Shown one piece after another: positions 26,097-39,718 of a stretch of DNA of 64,000 nucleotides. The position numbers and the translations under genes are program-made. This DNA is from the human T2T-CHM13v2.0 reference genome, Homo sapiens. Under the pieces are notes generated by a model. The model saw nothing but the letters and a program-made list of their open reading frames with translations, ran no database searches and had not been told where the DNA came from. Location: positions 39,744,001-39,808,000 of the forward strand of contig CP068257.2 of the NCBI GenBank assembly GCA_009914755.4, read 5' to 3'. Position 1 is the stretch's first letter, and each line of letters begins with the position of its first letter.

Positions 26097-26400
26097 GGGC
26101 CAGGCGCGGTGGCTCAAGCCTGTAATCCCAGCACTTTGGGAGGCCGAGGCAGGCGGATCACGAGGTCAGGAGATCAAGACCATCCTGGCTAACATGGTGA
26201 AACCCCGTCTCTTCTAAAAATACAAAAAATTAGCCGGGCGCAGTGGCAGGCACCTGTAGTCCCAGCTACTTAGGAGGCTGAGGCAGGAGAATGGCATGAA
26301 CCCGAAAGGCAGAGCTTTCAGTGAGCCGAGATCGTGCCACTGCACTCCAGCCTGGGCGACAGAGCGAGACTCTGTCTCAAAAAAAAAAAAAAAAAAAAAA
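26097..26400 (+). mobile_element. Alu (AluY-like, long A-tail)
   Basis: Has a near-consensus Alu sequence and a poly(A) tail of about 25 nt. Confidence 0.9.
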
Positions 26401-27103
26401 AGAATGAATAGCGAGCAAACCCAAGACAAGACATCTTTAGAATAGCATCTTGGAACCCCCTCCACTGCTGGTGGGAATGTAAGTTGGTGCAACCACTTTG
26501 GAAAACCATCTGGCAATCTTCACTAAAGCAGTTGGCAGGAGGCCATACTTCCTTACCTTGTGGACTTCTCCATAGCTACTTAGTGTCCCTGTGACATGGC
26601 AGCCAGCTTCCCCTAGGGCTAGTCATCCAAAAGGAATCAAGGAGGAAGCCATGATGCATTTAGGAACTAGTCACACACCATCACCTCCACTGCATGTATT
26701 CATTAGAAACAAGCCCCTATGTCCAGCCAATAGACTGGGTGCTTTTGGAGGGAGGAATGTTGAAGGATTTGTGGACATATTTTAAAACCACCACAGCACT
26801 CACTGGAAAATGCTAAAAAGCAGGAAGAAAGAGAACAGAACCCATCCGCAGTCCCATAGCTAACATACCAGAATCTTTTCTTCTCGTCTTTTGGAAAGTG
26901 TAGGTCTGTGCACCTACATATTAAACAGCCATCTTGGTGGCTTCTGAGATCCCTCTGCAGGCTTCTCTGAAATGTTTTCTAAACACCAGGGACCTACTGA
27001 AGCTCTCATACCCTGGAAAGGAGCAGTCATTACCTTCAGGAACTGCTTCCTCACAGGGATCATTAATGAGGGCTCTGGGTTTCTCCCCTCCTGGCCTCCA
27101 TAG

Positions 27104-27258
27104 CCCAGAACGTCATGGCCGGGAATGGCCGGGGCATCAGCCATGAGCTCATCAGCCTGGAGATCACCTCCCCTGAGGTTCCAGACCTGACCATCATTGA
27201 CCTTCCCGGCATCACCAGGGTGGCTGTGGACAACCAGCCCCGAGACATCGGACTGCAG
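27104..27258 (+). CDS. MX2: MX2 coding exon (A)[51 protein letters not shown] (G3 DLPG)
   Basis: Acceptor ctccatag|cc at 27102-27103 and donor cag|gtgagc at 27259. The ORF track entry 27115.. reads [14 protein letters not shown].... Confidence 0.95.
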
Positions 27259-27763
27259 GTGAGCCCTTCTGGAATTTGGGATTGGGCTCTGCTGAAGTGG
27301 GGGAAGGGTCAGAGGTCCCCAGGGTCCTGGTGTACCTCCTGGAGCCTTTACACTGAGGGATGAGGATGGAGTCTCAGGTAAGACCTGCCCAGGTGGGGGC
27401 CTCATGCCCAGGTTCTGACTTGGGCTTGACAAGTCACAGAAAAAAGAGAGTTGGACTCCAGGGGACTGGCAGGCATTTGGGATAGTGTACGCCCTGCCCA
27501 GTCATTCAGGACTGTGAACCCGGTGTGATCAGTTGTGATCAGTTGTGCTGATAGTCAAAAGCGGGCAGAAATTTGGATTTTTACATGAAATCTGTCCATT
27601 TTGGCAATATTTTAAAAAATGAATGTTACATAAGTCATAACATGGACTGTGGTCCTGGTCTGGGCAGGAGAGGCACAGGGGTGAGGGAGGGCGACCGGGC
27701 AATAAGGACACACATCAGCCAACAGCAGGGCTGTGGCTTCTCTGCCAACAACCTACCCATCTA

Positions 27764-28075
<312 letters not shown>

Positions 28076-28606
28076 CTGAGGTTGCCTGAAAACATAGTCC
28101 TCGCTCAGGTGCCTGAATCAAATGTGGTCCAGGAAAACTTGTGCATACCCTGTTTGGGTTAGGCCAGTCCCCGGACCAGCCCTGTCATGCTTTGGCAAGC
28201 CAGCTCATGTGGAAATGAAGGAGACAGAGTCGATGCCAGGGCAGGGGAAGGCTGGGGAGATGAGGCCCTCCTTTGCTAGAACTGAGGCCACTTTCCTGGC
28301 TTCTTCCATTTTGTGGGAGACAGTGGCAGTGTTGACAACCCAACCACAACCAAATTAAGGGGTGGCAGCCCTAAGAGCCTCCTGGGTGGGGTCTTCACTA
28401 GCTCTGCTGTTTGGGGCAAAATCTTGGTTAGTGATCTTCCTCAACATCCAAATCGCCATTCTCTGTCTCTCTAAGAGCAGGGAAATTAGCTCGTATCACT
28501 TGCTGAGTTAAGTGATGAATTCCATATTTCTTAGCCCTCCTAGGAGGGTGGCTGATTCATCCATCAAGTTATGGGATTTCCTAGAGACTGCAAAAGATCC
28601 TTGGGT

Positions 28607-28985
28607 GGTGATATGGTTTGGTTCTGTGTCCCCACCCAAATCTCATCTCAAATTGTAATCCCCACGTGTCAAGGGAGGGACCAGGTGGGAGGTGATAGGA
28701 TCATGGGGGTGTTTTCTCCCATGCCGTTCTCGTGATTGAGGGAGTTCTCATGAGAGCTGGTGGCTTTAAAGTGTGGCACTTTCTTGTTCTCGCACACATT
28801 CCCTCCTGCCGCCTTGTGAAGAAGGTGCCTGCACCCCCTTGGCCCTCCCCCATGATTGTAAGTTTCCTGAGGTCTCCTAGCCATGCTTCCTGTTAAGCCC
28901 GTGGAACTGCGAGTCAGTTAAACCTCTTTCCTTTATAATTACCCAGTCTCAGGTAGTGTTCTTTATAGCTGTGTGAGAACGGACT
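28607..28985 (+). mobile_element. MaLR LTR (MST/THE1-like, diverged)
   Basis: Starts tgatatggtttgg..tgtccccacccaaatctcatctcaaattgtaatccccacgtgt, the THE1/MST LTR consensus start, and ends ...gagaacggactaataca. Confidence 0.7.
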
Positions 28986-29424
28986 AATACAGGTGGGATC
29001 AGAACATGCAGCTTCCTCCTGCCACTTCATCCTCTCCTCTATGGAGGATACACATGATTTGGTCTGAGACAGTTTGATCTCAAACAGTTTCATCAAAAGC
29101 AAGTTGGTTGAGACGGCAAAATTTTTCCGTTGTTGTAAATATTGGGGGAAATAAGTGTGCGGTCTCTCTAAGCTTTTCATTTATGTTTCAGATTTCTAAA
29201 GGGCTTTGTTTCTCTACATTCTTTTACTTCTAATTATCAGCTCATAATTACAGCCACGTGCCCTATGGGACTGGTTAATCCCTAACAGTGAGTTATGATG
29301 CACGTTGTACAGTGTGCTCAGTTACCAAGCCTTGACCTGGTGACCAAAAAGAATTCTATCTGAAAGGGTGGCAGTATACGAAAACACTGCCAAGTGAACA
29401 AGTGTTTTATAAAAATTAATTAGG

Positions 29425-29547
29425 TTCCAGCTACTTGGGAGGCTGAGGCTTGAACCTGGGAGGCAGAGGTTGCAGTGAGCCAAGATCGTGCCACTGGACT
29501 CCAGCCTGGGCCACAGAGTGAGATTCTGTCTCAAAAAAAAAAAAAAA
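29425..29547 (+). mobile_element. Alu right-monomer fragment
   Basis: Contains gctacttgggaggctgagg..gcagtgagccaagatcgtgccact.. followed by a poly(A) tail. Confidence 0.8.
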
Positions 29548-29981
29548 GAATTAAAAAACTAATTAGGAATAAAATGCCCTACCTTAAGTTTCTTTTGTTT
29601 CTTTAATTCTTGCTTAAATCATTACAAAGGGATTTTGTTATTGAAATTGTCAAGATAGAACAGGAAGAATAAATGTTATTTTATGCCCCATCCCTGTTAA
29701 CATGGAGTATATAAACCTGCAAGTGGCCTTCTGTGAGTGTGAGTGTGAGTGTGTGTCTCCTTACCTGTCTCACTGTCTTATCATCCATGTGTTTACTGGA
29801 GTAGCACTTCTAATTTCTTTCAAGAATTTTTCCTTTGTATTCAACACTTAGCTAACGGGTTGGCACAAGCAGCTTAGCTTTTGGCCTTTACATGCCTTTC
29901 TCACTAAACTCAATCATTTCTAGCTTTTAATTTAAAGTAAGAAACATGCAACTTTTCCTTTTAGTTGAAGGAAGGCCACTG

Positions 29982-30340
29982 ATGGTTTGGCTGTGTCCCC
30001 ACCCAAATCTCATCTTGAATTGTAGCTCCCATAATCCCCACGTGTCGTGGGAGGGACCTGGTGGGAGGTAATTGAATCATGTGGGCAGGTCTTTCCCGTG
30101 CTGTTCTCTTACTAGTGAATATGTCTCATGAGATCTAATGGTTTTATGAAGGGCAGTTCCCCTGCACACGCTCTCTTGACTGCTGCTATGTAAGATGTGC
30201 CTTTGCTCCTCCCTTCCATCATGCTTCTGAGGCCTCCCCAGCCATGTGGAACTGTGAGTCCATTAGACCTCTTTTTCTGTACAAATTTCGCTGTCTCTGG
30301 TATGTCTTTATGAGCAGTGTGAGAACAGACTAATGCAGCC
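29982..30340 (+). mobile_element. MaLR LTR (THE1-like)
   Basis: Closely matches the THE1 LTR consensus (gatggtttggctgtgtccccacccaaatctcatcttgaattgtagctcccataatccccacgtgt...cagtgtgagaacagactaatgcag). Confidence 0.8.
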
Positions 30341-30710
30341 ACTCTATTTAGAGGCCACTATAGAGCTATTAATTGGCCTAATTTTATTATTGTGGTGCCT
30401 CAGGGAATAGAGAGAGGGAGAGAGGCTGGGGAGCCGTCATAACACAGGCAACATTTATTAAGTTATCTATCTTATATGGGCCTGCTCCATAGCACCCCAA
30501 AACAATTATAATAAAAACATCCAAAATTGATAATCACACATCACCATAACAGATAGAATAATAATGAAAAAGTTGGAAATAGCACAAAAATTACCAGACA
30601 CAGAGGCAGAAAGTGAATATATGCTGTTGCGAAAAGTGGCACCAATAGGCTTGGTCAACTCAGAGCTGCCACAAACCTTTGATTTGTTAAAAAAAATACA
30701 AATAAAGATA

Positions 30711-30942
30711 AGGGCTGGGCACAGTGGCTCACACCTGTAATCCCAGCACTTTGAGAGGCCGAGGCGGGTAGATCACCTGAGGTCAGGAGTTTGTGCCTGT
30801 AATCCCAGGAGGCTGAGGCAGGAGAATCACTCGAACCCGGGAGGCGGAGCTTGCAGTGAGCTGAGATCACGCCACTGCACTACAGCCTGGGCAACAGAGT
30901 AATACTCCATCTCAAAAAAAAAAAAAAAAAAAAAAAAAAAAA
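30711..30942 (+). mobile_element. Alu with an internal deletion and a long A-tail
   Basis: Has the Alu left arm, then a junction at ..gtttgtgcctgtaatccc.., then a poly(A) tail of about 35 nt. Confidence 0.85.
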
Positions 30943-31570
30943 CAAATCTGCAAAGCACAATAAAGCGAAGCACAATAAAAGGAGGTTTGCCCGTGCACAC
31001 TCTCTCCACATCTGAGCCTTCTCAGGTATAAGTGCTGCCTTCAAGAGAGAAAAAAATTTATGTTTTCTTAGAGCAAACTGCATGAGAGAACAGGGTCACA
31101 GGAGTTTAGAGGAGCAATGAAAACTGTCATTGTGGCTGTGAGAGGCTGGGAGTGTGAAAGAGTAGGGAGTAAGAACTGTTATGGCAGAGGGAAAATTCGG
31201 ATCAAGACCAGTCTGGGAATCCATCCCGAAACATCTCCTTCTCCATCACCTTCCCACCCTCCTTGGCCCCCTGTAGTCTGTCCTAGACCTCTCTCCTGCA
31301 GATCGGGGCCTCCAGGTCCCACAGGCTCCCTGGAGCCCCAGGGTCCTGCCCTACCCAACCTGGCTGAGGCCTCCAGGTGGCCTGTCTGAGCACCAGGAAG
31401 CCATTGCTGGGAATTCCTCGATTCTTTGACATTGTCCTCCACGTTCCTGGGCTTGTGAAGGAACATCCTCCTCCATGTTCCTGGAACTTCAGCCTTTGCT
31501 TGGCTCAGGAGCCTGAACTCCCCAGGATGTCCAGGAGTGTCCGAAGGAGAGAATACAGTCACAGGTTCTT

Positions 31571-31583
31571 AGTTTCTGTTTCT
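31571..31583 (-). promoter_or_regulatory. Intronic ISRE with a perfect 12/12 core: agtttctgtttct, reverse complement GAAACAGAAACT
   Basis: The reverse complement is an exact match to GAAANNGAAACT. It lies in MX2 intron 5 and is not inside an obvious repeat. Confidence 0.45.
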
Positions 31584-33925
31584 GGTTGGGCCAGTAAAGC
31601 CCCTTCCTCATCCCACTTTTCCACTTACTACTAAAGACAGAAACCAAAAACCATGGCTTCAGGCTGCTAAAAACCTAAAACAAAACAGAACAACAACAAC
31701 AACAAAATAAGGCAGGTTGGACAAGCTTAGTCATAGAGTCAAAGCTTCCTGCACGCAATCGTGTGCCTTTCTGGAGTCCCACCACGCTTTCCCTTCGTAT
31801 TTTTGTGTCTCTTCTCAGATTCTTCATTGTCTTTGATTTCCAAAGGCACTGCCAAGGTCAGACTGCTGGTCATGTGCACCCTGTGTTCCTCCCCTCCCGG
31901 TCTTCCTGAGAAGTCATGGAAATCTTAGCTCCTCCAGCAAGAACACATGTGTCTTTCATTTGAAAGATTCATGCCTCTCCTCCATGTGAAAGCCGATTAA
32001 TGCTCATAAGGAAGGGGGTGGGCTCTATTCTTGGCCGATTTGTCTCCCCAGACTGTCCCTGTGAAAGGTCTTTCTGTATTCACGGCCTCATTGTACGACT
32101 CCACTTTCCCGGCAACAAGTGCTTGGCAGTGTTCACCCACCAAATGTGTTAGTTTTCAACTGCAATTGATCACTTTCTCCTTCTTGAAAGTCTTCTTCGC
32201 TGGCATCTGGGCACATTGACCCTGGTTCTTTCTCTCCCTCCTGTTGGTCTCTCCTTAAGTGAATTGTTCCTCACTTCCCTGACCTCCAAATGTTGCAATG
32301 CCCTAGAGATCCATTCTTCCCATTGAAAACTCTCCCTGCTATGTCCCTGAACTACAGCCCAGTCTCATGACTGTAAATACCACTTCAGCGATTCCTAAAT
32401 CATTATTTCAAGCCCAGCTCTCTCCCCTGAAATCCAGGCTCCTATCTCCAGCTGCCGATTCACCAGTGCCCTTTGAGCATCTAATCGGTACACAAACTCA
32501 GTGGGTCCAAGCAACACCCGATCTTCCCCCCAGTATCTGCTGGCCCCATAGACATCCCCGTCTCAGACAGTGGCACCTCCACCCTCCCAGTGGCTCAGGC
32601 CATGACCACTGGGGTCAGCCCTCCCTTTTCTCCTCCTCTCACACGACACGTCCAGTCCACCTACAAAGCCTGCTGGCTCTGCTTCAAATAACACACCCAG
32701 GCCCACGTCTCCTCCCACTTCCACCAGCACCCTCACCTAAGCTGCTGCTATCCTGAACCTGGGTTACCGCCTCTGCTGGCCTCCTGCTGGGTTTCTCTGC
32801 CTCTGCCCTTCCCGGCAGCACCCATCCCAAGAATGTTTCCCACACAGCTCTTGTGTTTTAAGGCACAAGTCAGATGCTATCATCCTTAAAGTTCCCCAGC
32901 GGCTCCCATGTCAATCAGTGTAAAATTCCAAGGTCCCATGTGATCCAATCCCCCTACTTCATGGACCACATTTCCTGTCACTGCGCCTTGGCCCCTCGCT
33001 CCACCCTACCACATCCGGGTTCTGCGGCCCTTGGTCCCTCTGGCTCACTTTTGCCTGGACTCTTGCGTGTGCATGCACGCTTCCCACTGCCCGGTGCTCT
33101 GCCCGCATGGCTCTCCGCAGAGGGCATCCTTCATTCCTCGCGGGTTTCTGCTGCAAGGCTGCCCTACCTGGGCTGCCTTGCCTGACATACTGTTCCCCGT
33201 GCCTGGCTCTTTCAATTCCACTTGCCCTCCCTGATATGTCTCCATTGTGTTTATTGCCTGTCTCCCCTCCTGGGCTGTAAGGCTCTGGGGGCGTATGCTC
33301 AATGCCGAGTCTCTGAACCCCAGGATGGGCCCCACACCTGGTGGGCACTGCTAATGTTTGCTGCATGCACATAACGTGCTCTTTATGGTCACCCCCTCTC
33401 CAGGCAAACTGTTCCGGGGAGCATTTTCACTCTCTGATATCCTACATGAATGCACATGAGTGAGTGTGCATTAAATACGGTGATTCCCAGCCCAGAGCTT
33501 TTGTACCCCCAGGGGACACTGGCAATGTCAGGACATCTTTTTGCTTGTCATAACTCAGGTAAGGGGTAGGGTTTGCTAGTGGTTTGGATGCTACCGGTAT
33601 CCAGTGGGTAAAGGCCACAGAGTCTGCTGGACAGCTTACAATGCCTAGGATGGCCACCATGGCAGAGTCATCCTTCTGAATTGTCAACAGTGCTGGAAGG
33701 AGAGCTGGAGAACCCTGGGCTGTGTGGTCTGTTTGCCTGCAGACATCAGCAGGACAGCCCCATGGGTGTAGCAAAGGGAATAAGCACACAAGCAAGAAGA
33801 GAGTTTTCAACTAAAGGACGATCAACGTTAAAACTTGTTCAGAAATATAGCATCTATTATTCAATGATTAGTAAAGCAGAAAATAAAGTCAAAAAAAAAA
33901 AAACTTGTTCAGAAAGGTTGCTTAA

Positions 33926-34215
33926 GGCCAGGTGCTGTGGCTCATGCCTGTAATCCCAGCACTTTGGGAGGCCGAGGTGAGCAGATTACTTGCGGCCAGG
34001 AGTTCAAGACCAACCTGGGCAAGGTAGCAAGACCCTGTCTCTACAAAAATAAAAAATTAAAAAATTAACCAGGCATGGTGGTGCATGCCTGTGGTCCCAG
34101 CTACTCGGGAGGCTGAAGTGGGAAAAACACTTGAGTCCAGGAGTTTAAGATTGGGGTGAGCCGTGATTGTACCACTGCACTCCAGCCTGGGCAGCAGAGC
34201 AAGACCATGTCTCAG
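33926..34215 (+). mobile_element. Alu (full length)
   Basis: Has the Alu consensus. Confidence 0.9.
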
Positions 34216-34266
34216 TAAGTACATACATACATACATACATACGTACATACATACATACATACATAA
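34216..34266. repeat. (TACA)n microsatellite
   Basis: Repeated acatacatacat units in place of the Alu tail. Confidence 0.9.
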
Positions 34267-35257
34267 AAATTAAGATTGCTTATAACTTTAGCCAGTTAAG
34301 TTTTCTCCTGGCCGAGGCTTCATTGGGCCTGTTTGTATTTGATGATTTTATTTGACTCCAGTGCTCAATTTCTTCTGTGTTGTCAGCTCGGGCTAATGGG
34401 ACACAGAATGGCTCATTTTTGGCTGTGCAGTTTTCTGTCTTCTGTGCACAACTTAAAATAATTATATGGGGCACTGTCTGAGCACAACTATATGTAAATT
34501 GTGCCAAAATATAAGGAACTATGTCCCAAGGTGCCAGCTTTTTCCTTGTCTGTTTGTGTTGTTGTTGAGAAAAATAATATTAAAAGTTGGCATTTTAAGG
34601 CATATGTTGCCTACATCTCCATTTTGCCTACACAGTCTAATAAATTTTATTAGATTTCTCTTATTTGATTGAACTAGACCCCTTCCAAGAACAAATCGCA
34701 GGTAAAAAGTCACTAATATTAGAAAGAAACACGTGGAGATATTCTCCATGGGAAGCATCTGAGGTCCCTGCCTCTGGGGAACTGTGTGGGGAGCAGGCAT
34801 TGCTCGCTGAGCACCTGCTGCCTGGGCTCCGTGCTGGACTCTGCATGGGGACACCAGGACAGAGAAGATGTCACCGCTGGCCGCAAAGGCATCTCTGGAC
34901 TTCTGAGTCAGATACAACATACGCACAAGTCACTCTAATAGAAGGCAGGATCTCCAAGGCATCTCGGGTGAGATCTAGAGGGGAGGGAGGGGTTGTACTT
35001 GGTTGCAGGAATCAGGGGGTCTTCAGGAAAGAAGACATGCCAGCCGTGGGCTTTGAAGGACAAGTGGGAGGTCATCAGAGACCAGGGCAGGGCCGCCGGG
35101 GCAGGCATTCCCAGGACGGGGCTCGGCCTAGCAAAGCCCAGAGTCACACTGTGGGACAATGTTGCCTTTGCGCCATCATGCCTGCCTGCCTGGCCGTGCT
35201 GCTGAGTGACCAGAAGTGAGACGTGTGCTCTTTCTTTGTGCGATTCTTTGGCATCAG

Positions 35258-35396
35258 ATCAAGGCTCTCATCAAGAAGTACATCCAGAGGCAGCAGACGA
35301 TCAACTTGGTGGTGGTTCCCTGTAACGTGGACATTGCCACCACGGAGGCGCTGAGCATGGCCCATGAGGTGGACCCGGAAGGGGACAGGACCATCG
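35258..35396 (+). CDS. MX2: MX2 coding exon [46 protein letters not shown](G)
   Basis: Acceptor ggcatcag|atc at 35256-35257 and donor atcg|gtaaga at 35397. The ORF track entry 35216.. contains [15 protein letters not shown].... Confidence 0.95.
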
Positions 35397-35416
35397 GTAA
35401 GAGGAAAGAACCAAGT

Positions 35417-35968
<552 letters not shown>

Positions 35969-36093
35969 CTATTTGAATATTAACATCTCCAAGGAAACTT
36001 AGTACTACTTTTTAATAGTCAGTTTTCTGGTCCTCTCATCGCCATAAACTCAGATAATCAACAGTTATCAATAAATATTAGCTTTTTTTTTTT

Positions 36094-36374
36094 TTTTGAG
36101 ACAGAGTTTCACTCTATCCCCCAGACTGAAGTGCAGTGGCATGATCTAGGCTCACTGTAACCTCTGCCTCCTGGATTCAATTCTCCTGCCTCAGCCTCCC
36201 AAGTAGCTGAGACTACATGCACATGCCATCACGCCTGGCTAATTTTGTATTTTCAGTAGAGACGGGGTTTCACTGTGTTGGCCAGGCAGGTGTCAAACTC
36301 CCAATCTCAGGTGATCCACCCGCCTCAGCCTCCCAAAGTGCTGGGATTACAGGTGTGAACCACAGCTCCCAGCC
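36094..36374 (-). mobile_element. Alu (antisense)
   Basis: T-run, then gagacagagtttcac..ctgggattacaggtgtgaaccac. Confidence 0.9.
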
Positions 36375-36489
36375 AGCTATTATTATTATAAATTCAGTCA
36401 ATCAATAGTCATGGGATATACATGTTCTGCTCTTAGTATAGCCCAAAACAATATTGTAAAATAAATGCACATTTTCTTTTTCTTTTTTT

Positions 36490-36860
36490 TTTTTTTAACT
36501 TGGGATATTTTATTTTATTGTTAACTTTTGTTTTAGGTTCAGGGGTACATGTGCAGGATGTGCAGGTTTGTTACATAGGTAAACTTGTATCATGGGGGTT
36601 TGTTGTACAGATGATTTCATCACCCAGGTATCAAGCCTAGTACCTATTATTTATTTTTTCTGATCCTCTCCCTCCTCCACCTTCTGACAGATCCTAGTGT
36701 CTGTTATTCCCCTCTACGTGTTCATGTGTTCTCATCCTTTAGCTCCCACTTATAAGTGAGAACATGTGGCATTTGGTTTTCTGTTCCTGGGTTAGTTTAC
36801 TAAGGATAATGGCCTCCAGATCCATCCCACAGAAATGCAAATTTTCTATGCATTCTAGGT
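36490..36860 (-). mobile_element. L1 3'-region fragment
   Basis: Contains ttttaggttcaggggtacatgtgcagg..ttgttacataggtaaac..ctcccacttataagtgagaacatgtggcatttggttttctgttcc. Confidence 0.7.
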
Positions 36861-36869
36861 CAAGTATAG

Positions 36870-37400
36870 AAATAGAGAAAAGTGTGCTAGGCTTAAGAGA
36901 AACAGACCCATGTTCATAGCAGCATTATCCACAATAGCCCAAAGGTGGGAGCAGCCCAGGTGTTTACAGATGGTTGGATGGATAAATAAAACGTGGCATA
37001 TACGTAAAACAATATTATTTAGCCTCAAAAAGGAGGGAAATTCTGAAGCACACAACAACATGAGTGAACTTCAACGACATTATGCTAAGTGAAATTCCAG
37101 TAAGAAAAGGACTAACACTGGGTGATTCTACCTTATTTGAGGTCCCTAGGGTAGTCGGACTCATACAGACAAAGTAGAATGGTGGTTGCCCAAGACTGGA
37201 GGGTGGGGAAGTGGGAAATTGTTGTTCAATGGGTGAAGAGCTTTAGTTTGGGAAGATGAAAAAGTTCTGGAGATGGACGGTGGTGATGGTTACACAACAA
37301 TGTAAATGTACTTAATTACGCGAACTATAAACTGGCTAAAATAGGAAAATTCACTTTACGTACACTTTATTACCATTTTTGTAAAGAAATTTTTTTTAAA
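36870..37400 (+). mobile_element. L1 (L1M/L1PB-type) 3' end
   Basis: Contains ..gttcatagcagcattatccacaatagcccaaaggtgggagcagcccaggtg..tggcatatac..attatgctaagtgaaat..agaatggtggttgcc... Confidence 0.7.
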
Positions 37401-37516
37401 AAAACAAGGTAGCTAAAGACAGAGCAGGGGGGAGCATCCTATTTTTATGAGTTGAATTATTCCCTTGCAGACTTGAGTTACGTGTATTTTACAATTCTTT
37501 TAAAAAGGAAATTGAG

Positions 37517-37823
37517 GCCGGGCATGTTGACTCATGCCTGCAATCCCAGCACTTTGGGGGGCCAAGGCGGGCGGATCACCTGAGGTCAGGAGTTCGAGAC
37601 CACCCTGGCCAACACGGTGAAACCCCATCTCTACTAAAAATACAAAAAATTAGCCGGGTGTGGTGGCACAGGCCTGTAATCCCAGCTACTTGGGAGGCTG
37701 AGGCACGAGAATCGCTTGAACCTGAGACGAAGTTTGCAGTGAGCCGAGATTGCACCACTGCACTCCAGCCTGGTGACAGAGTGAGATTCTGTCTCAAAAA
37801 AGCAAAAAAAAAAAAAAAAAAAA
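37517..37823 (+). mobile_element. Alu (full length) followed by an A/GAAA-rich tail to about 37852
   Basis: Has the Alu consensus, then a tail of the form aaaaagaaagaaagaaaagaaa. Confidence 0.9.
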
Positions 37824-39354
37824 AGAAAGAAAGAAAAGAAAAAAAAAAGAAAATTGAATGACTACACAATACTTCCAAAGGATGAGAATAGAGCAAATTT
37901 GATTATAATATAACAGTGGCTTAGAGAATATCAAGTTTCAAAAAGAACAGTGGGTCGATATTTTCAGGCCCTCACTAAGCTGGTTCCCCACCTGTCCATT
38001 GCTATGGATGTTATCTACTCCCTTGGCTTCAGCCGAGCTCCTGTGCCCTCTTAAGACAGAGACTGCTCCTGTCGAGGTCACCCACACCCTCTGCACTGAG
38101 GAGCACATGGTCACGTCTCTGTCCTTGCCTCTCCTTTCTCAGCAGCAGTCACCCCAGTTGCCCACTCCCTCCTTCCTGAACCTCCCTCCTTCCTGAAACT
38201 CCCTCCTTCCTCCACCATTCTCTCTCTCTCGGGTCGCTTCCGTCACTGGCCAGCTGGAAGTCACATTCTTAGACTCCTTGTCTCCATGCCTCTTCAATTC
38301 TCAGGCCTCTAAGTATGGAAAACTTGGTTCTGGGCTCTCCTTCTATCAACGCATCATCACATTAAGTGATCTTATCCGGCTGTGGTTTGTAATCCCATCT
38401 ACATGCCAGTGACTCCCAAATCTGTATCTCTAACCCTGACCTTGCTTAACTGGACAACTCCGTTTGGCTGTCTGGCCAATGTCTCCAGTTAAACGTGACC
38501 AGAACAGAACTCTTGGTTTCGTACTCCATCCTGATTCACCTCCTCTCCAAGGCTTCCCCACCTCATTCACAGAACCCATCCGCCCACCCAGTTCTAAAGC
38601 CAAATCAAAGAGTCCCACTTGAGTCCTCCCTCCCCTTGCCTCCAAGTCTAATGTATCTGAAGTCCTGGTGACTCTGCCTCCAAAACGGGTGCCAAATCCA
38701 TCCACTGCTCTCCATCCCCACTGTCACTGCCTAGACCAAGCCACCATGGTCTCCTGCCTGGTCTGCTCAAACATTCTCCTGCTGTTCGAGCACTCACCTT
38801 GCCCATGGCAGTGCCCTCTCCACTGGCCTCCAGACATGTCAATCGGGTCATGCCCCTCTCTGTTTACATTCTCTCCTGCTGCCATCTCACATGCATATAA
38901 ACCCCGGACTCCTTTATCTAGAAAGCAGAGCCCCAGGTGACCTGGCCCTGCCTGCCTCTCTGATCTCAGTTCCACCGCTCTCTGCCTTGCTCATGACCCT
39001 CCAATACGGCTCTGCCATCCCTGCTCCCTCTCAACCAGGGTCTGGAGTGCTCCTTCTCCCTCCCCACTAGGCTGACTCCTCCCTTCCTTCAGATGTCAGT
39101 CCAAATGTTGCCTTCTGAGAGCGGACCTCCCTGTCCACCCAACTTGAGACTACATCACGCACCGCTGCCCACGGTCATTTGCCAGCACGTCACTTTATGT
39201 TAATTCTCTGCATAGCCCTTATCAATATCCATTCTTCTTTATTTCTCGTATATTACTAGATTAATTTATCTGGAAAGAGAGGTTCAAGAATAGTAGACCA
39301 GATAGCCAGACTTACCCACAAATTAAAACGAAGGACAAAATAGCGGAAGATAAG

Positions 39355-39627
39355 GCCAGGCACGGTGGCTCATGCCTGTAATCCCAACACTTTGGGAGGC
39401 TGAGGTGGGTGGATCATGAGGTCGGGAGTTTGAGACCAGCCTGGCCAACATGGTGAAACCTCATCTCTACTAAAAATACAAAAATTAGCTGGGCGTGGTA
39501 GCACATGCCTGTAGTCCCCGCTACTCAGGAGGCTGAGGCAGGAGAATCGCTTGAACCAGGGAGGCGGAGGTTGAAGTGAGCCACTGCACTCCAGCCTGGG
39601 CAACAGAGCGAGACTCCATCTCAAAAA
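39355..39627 (+). mobile_element. Alu (full length)
   Basis: Has the Alu consensus. Confidence 0.9.
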
Positions 39628-39718
39628 AGAAAGAGAGAGAGAGAGAGAGAGAAAGGAAGGAAGGAAGCAAGGAAAGAAGGAAGGAAGGAAGGAAGGAAAG
39701 AAGGAAGAAAGAAAAGTG
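39628..39718. repeat. (GA)n/(GGAA)n microsatellite
   Basis: agagagagag followed by ggaaggaaggaa units. This accounts for the spurious S/L/F-rich ORFs at 39370..39766. Confidence 0.9.
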
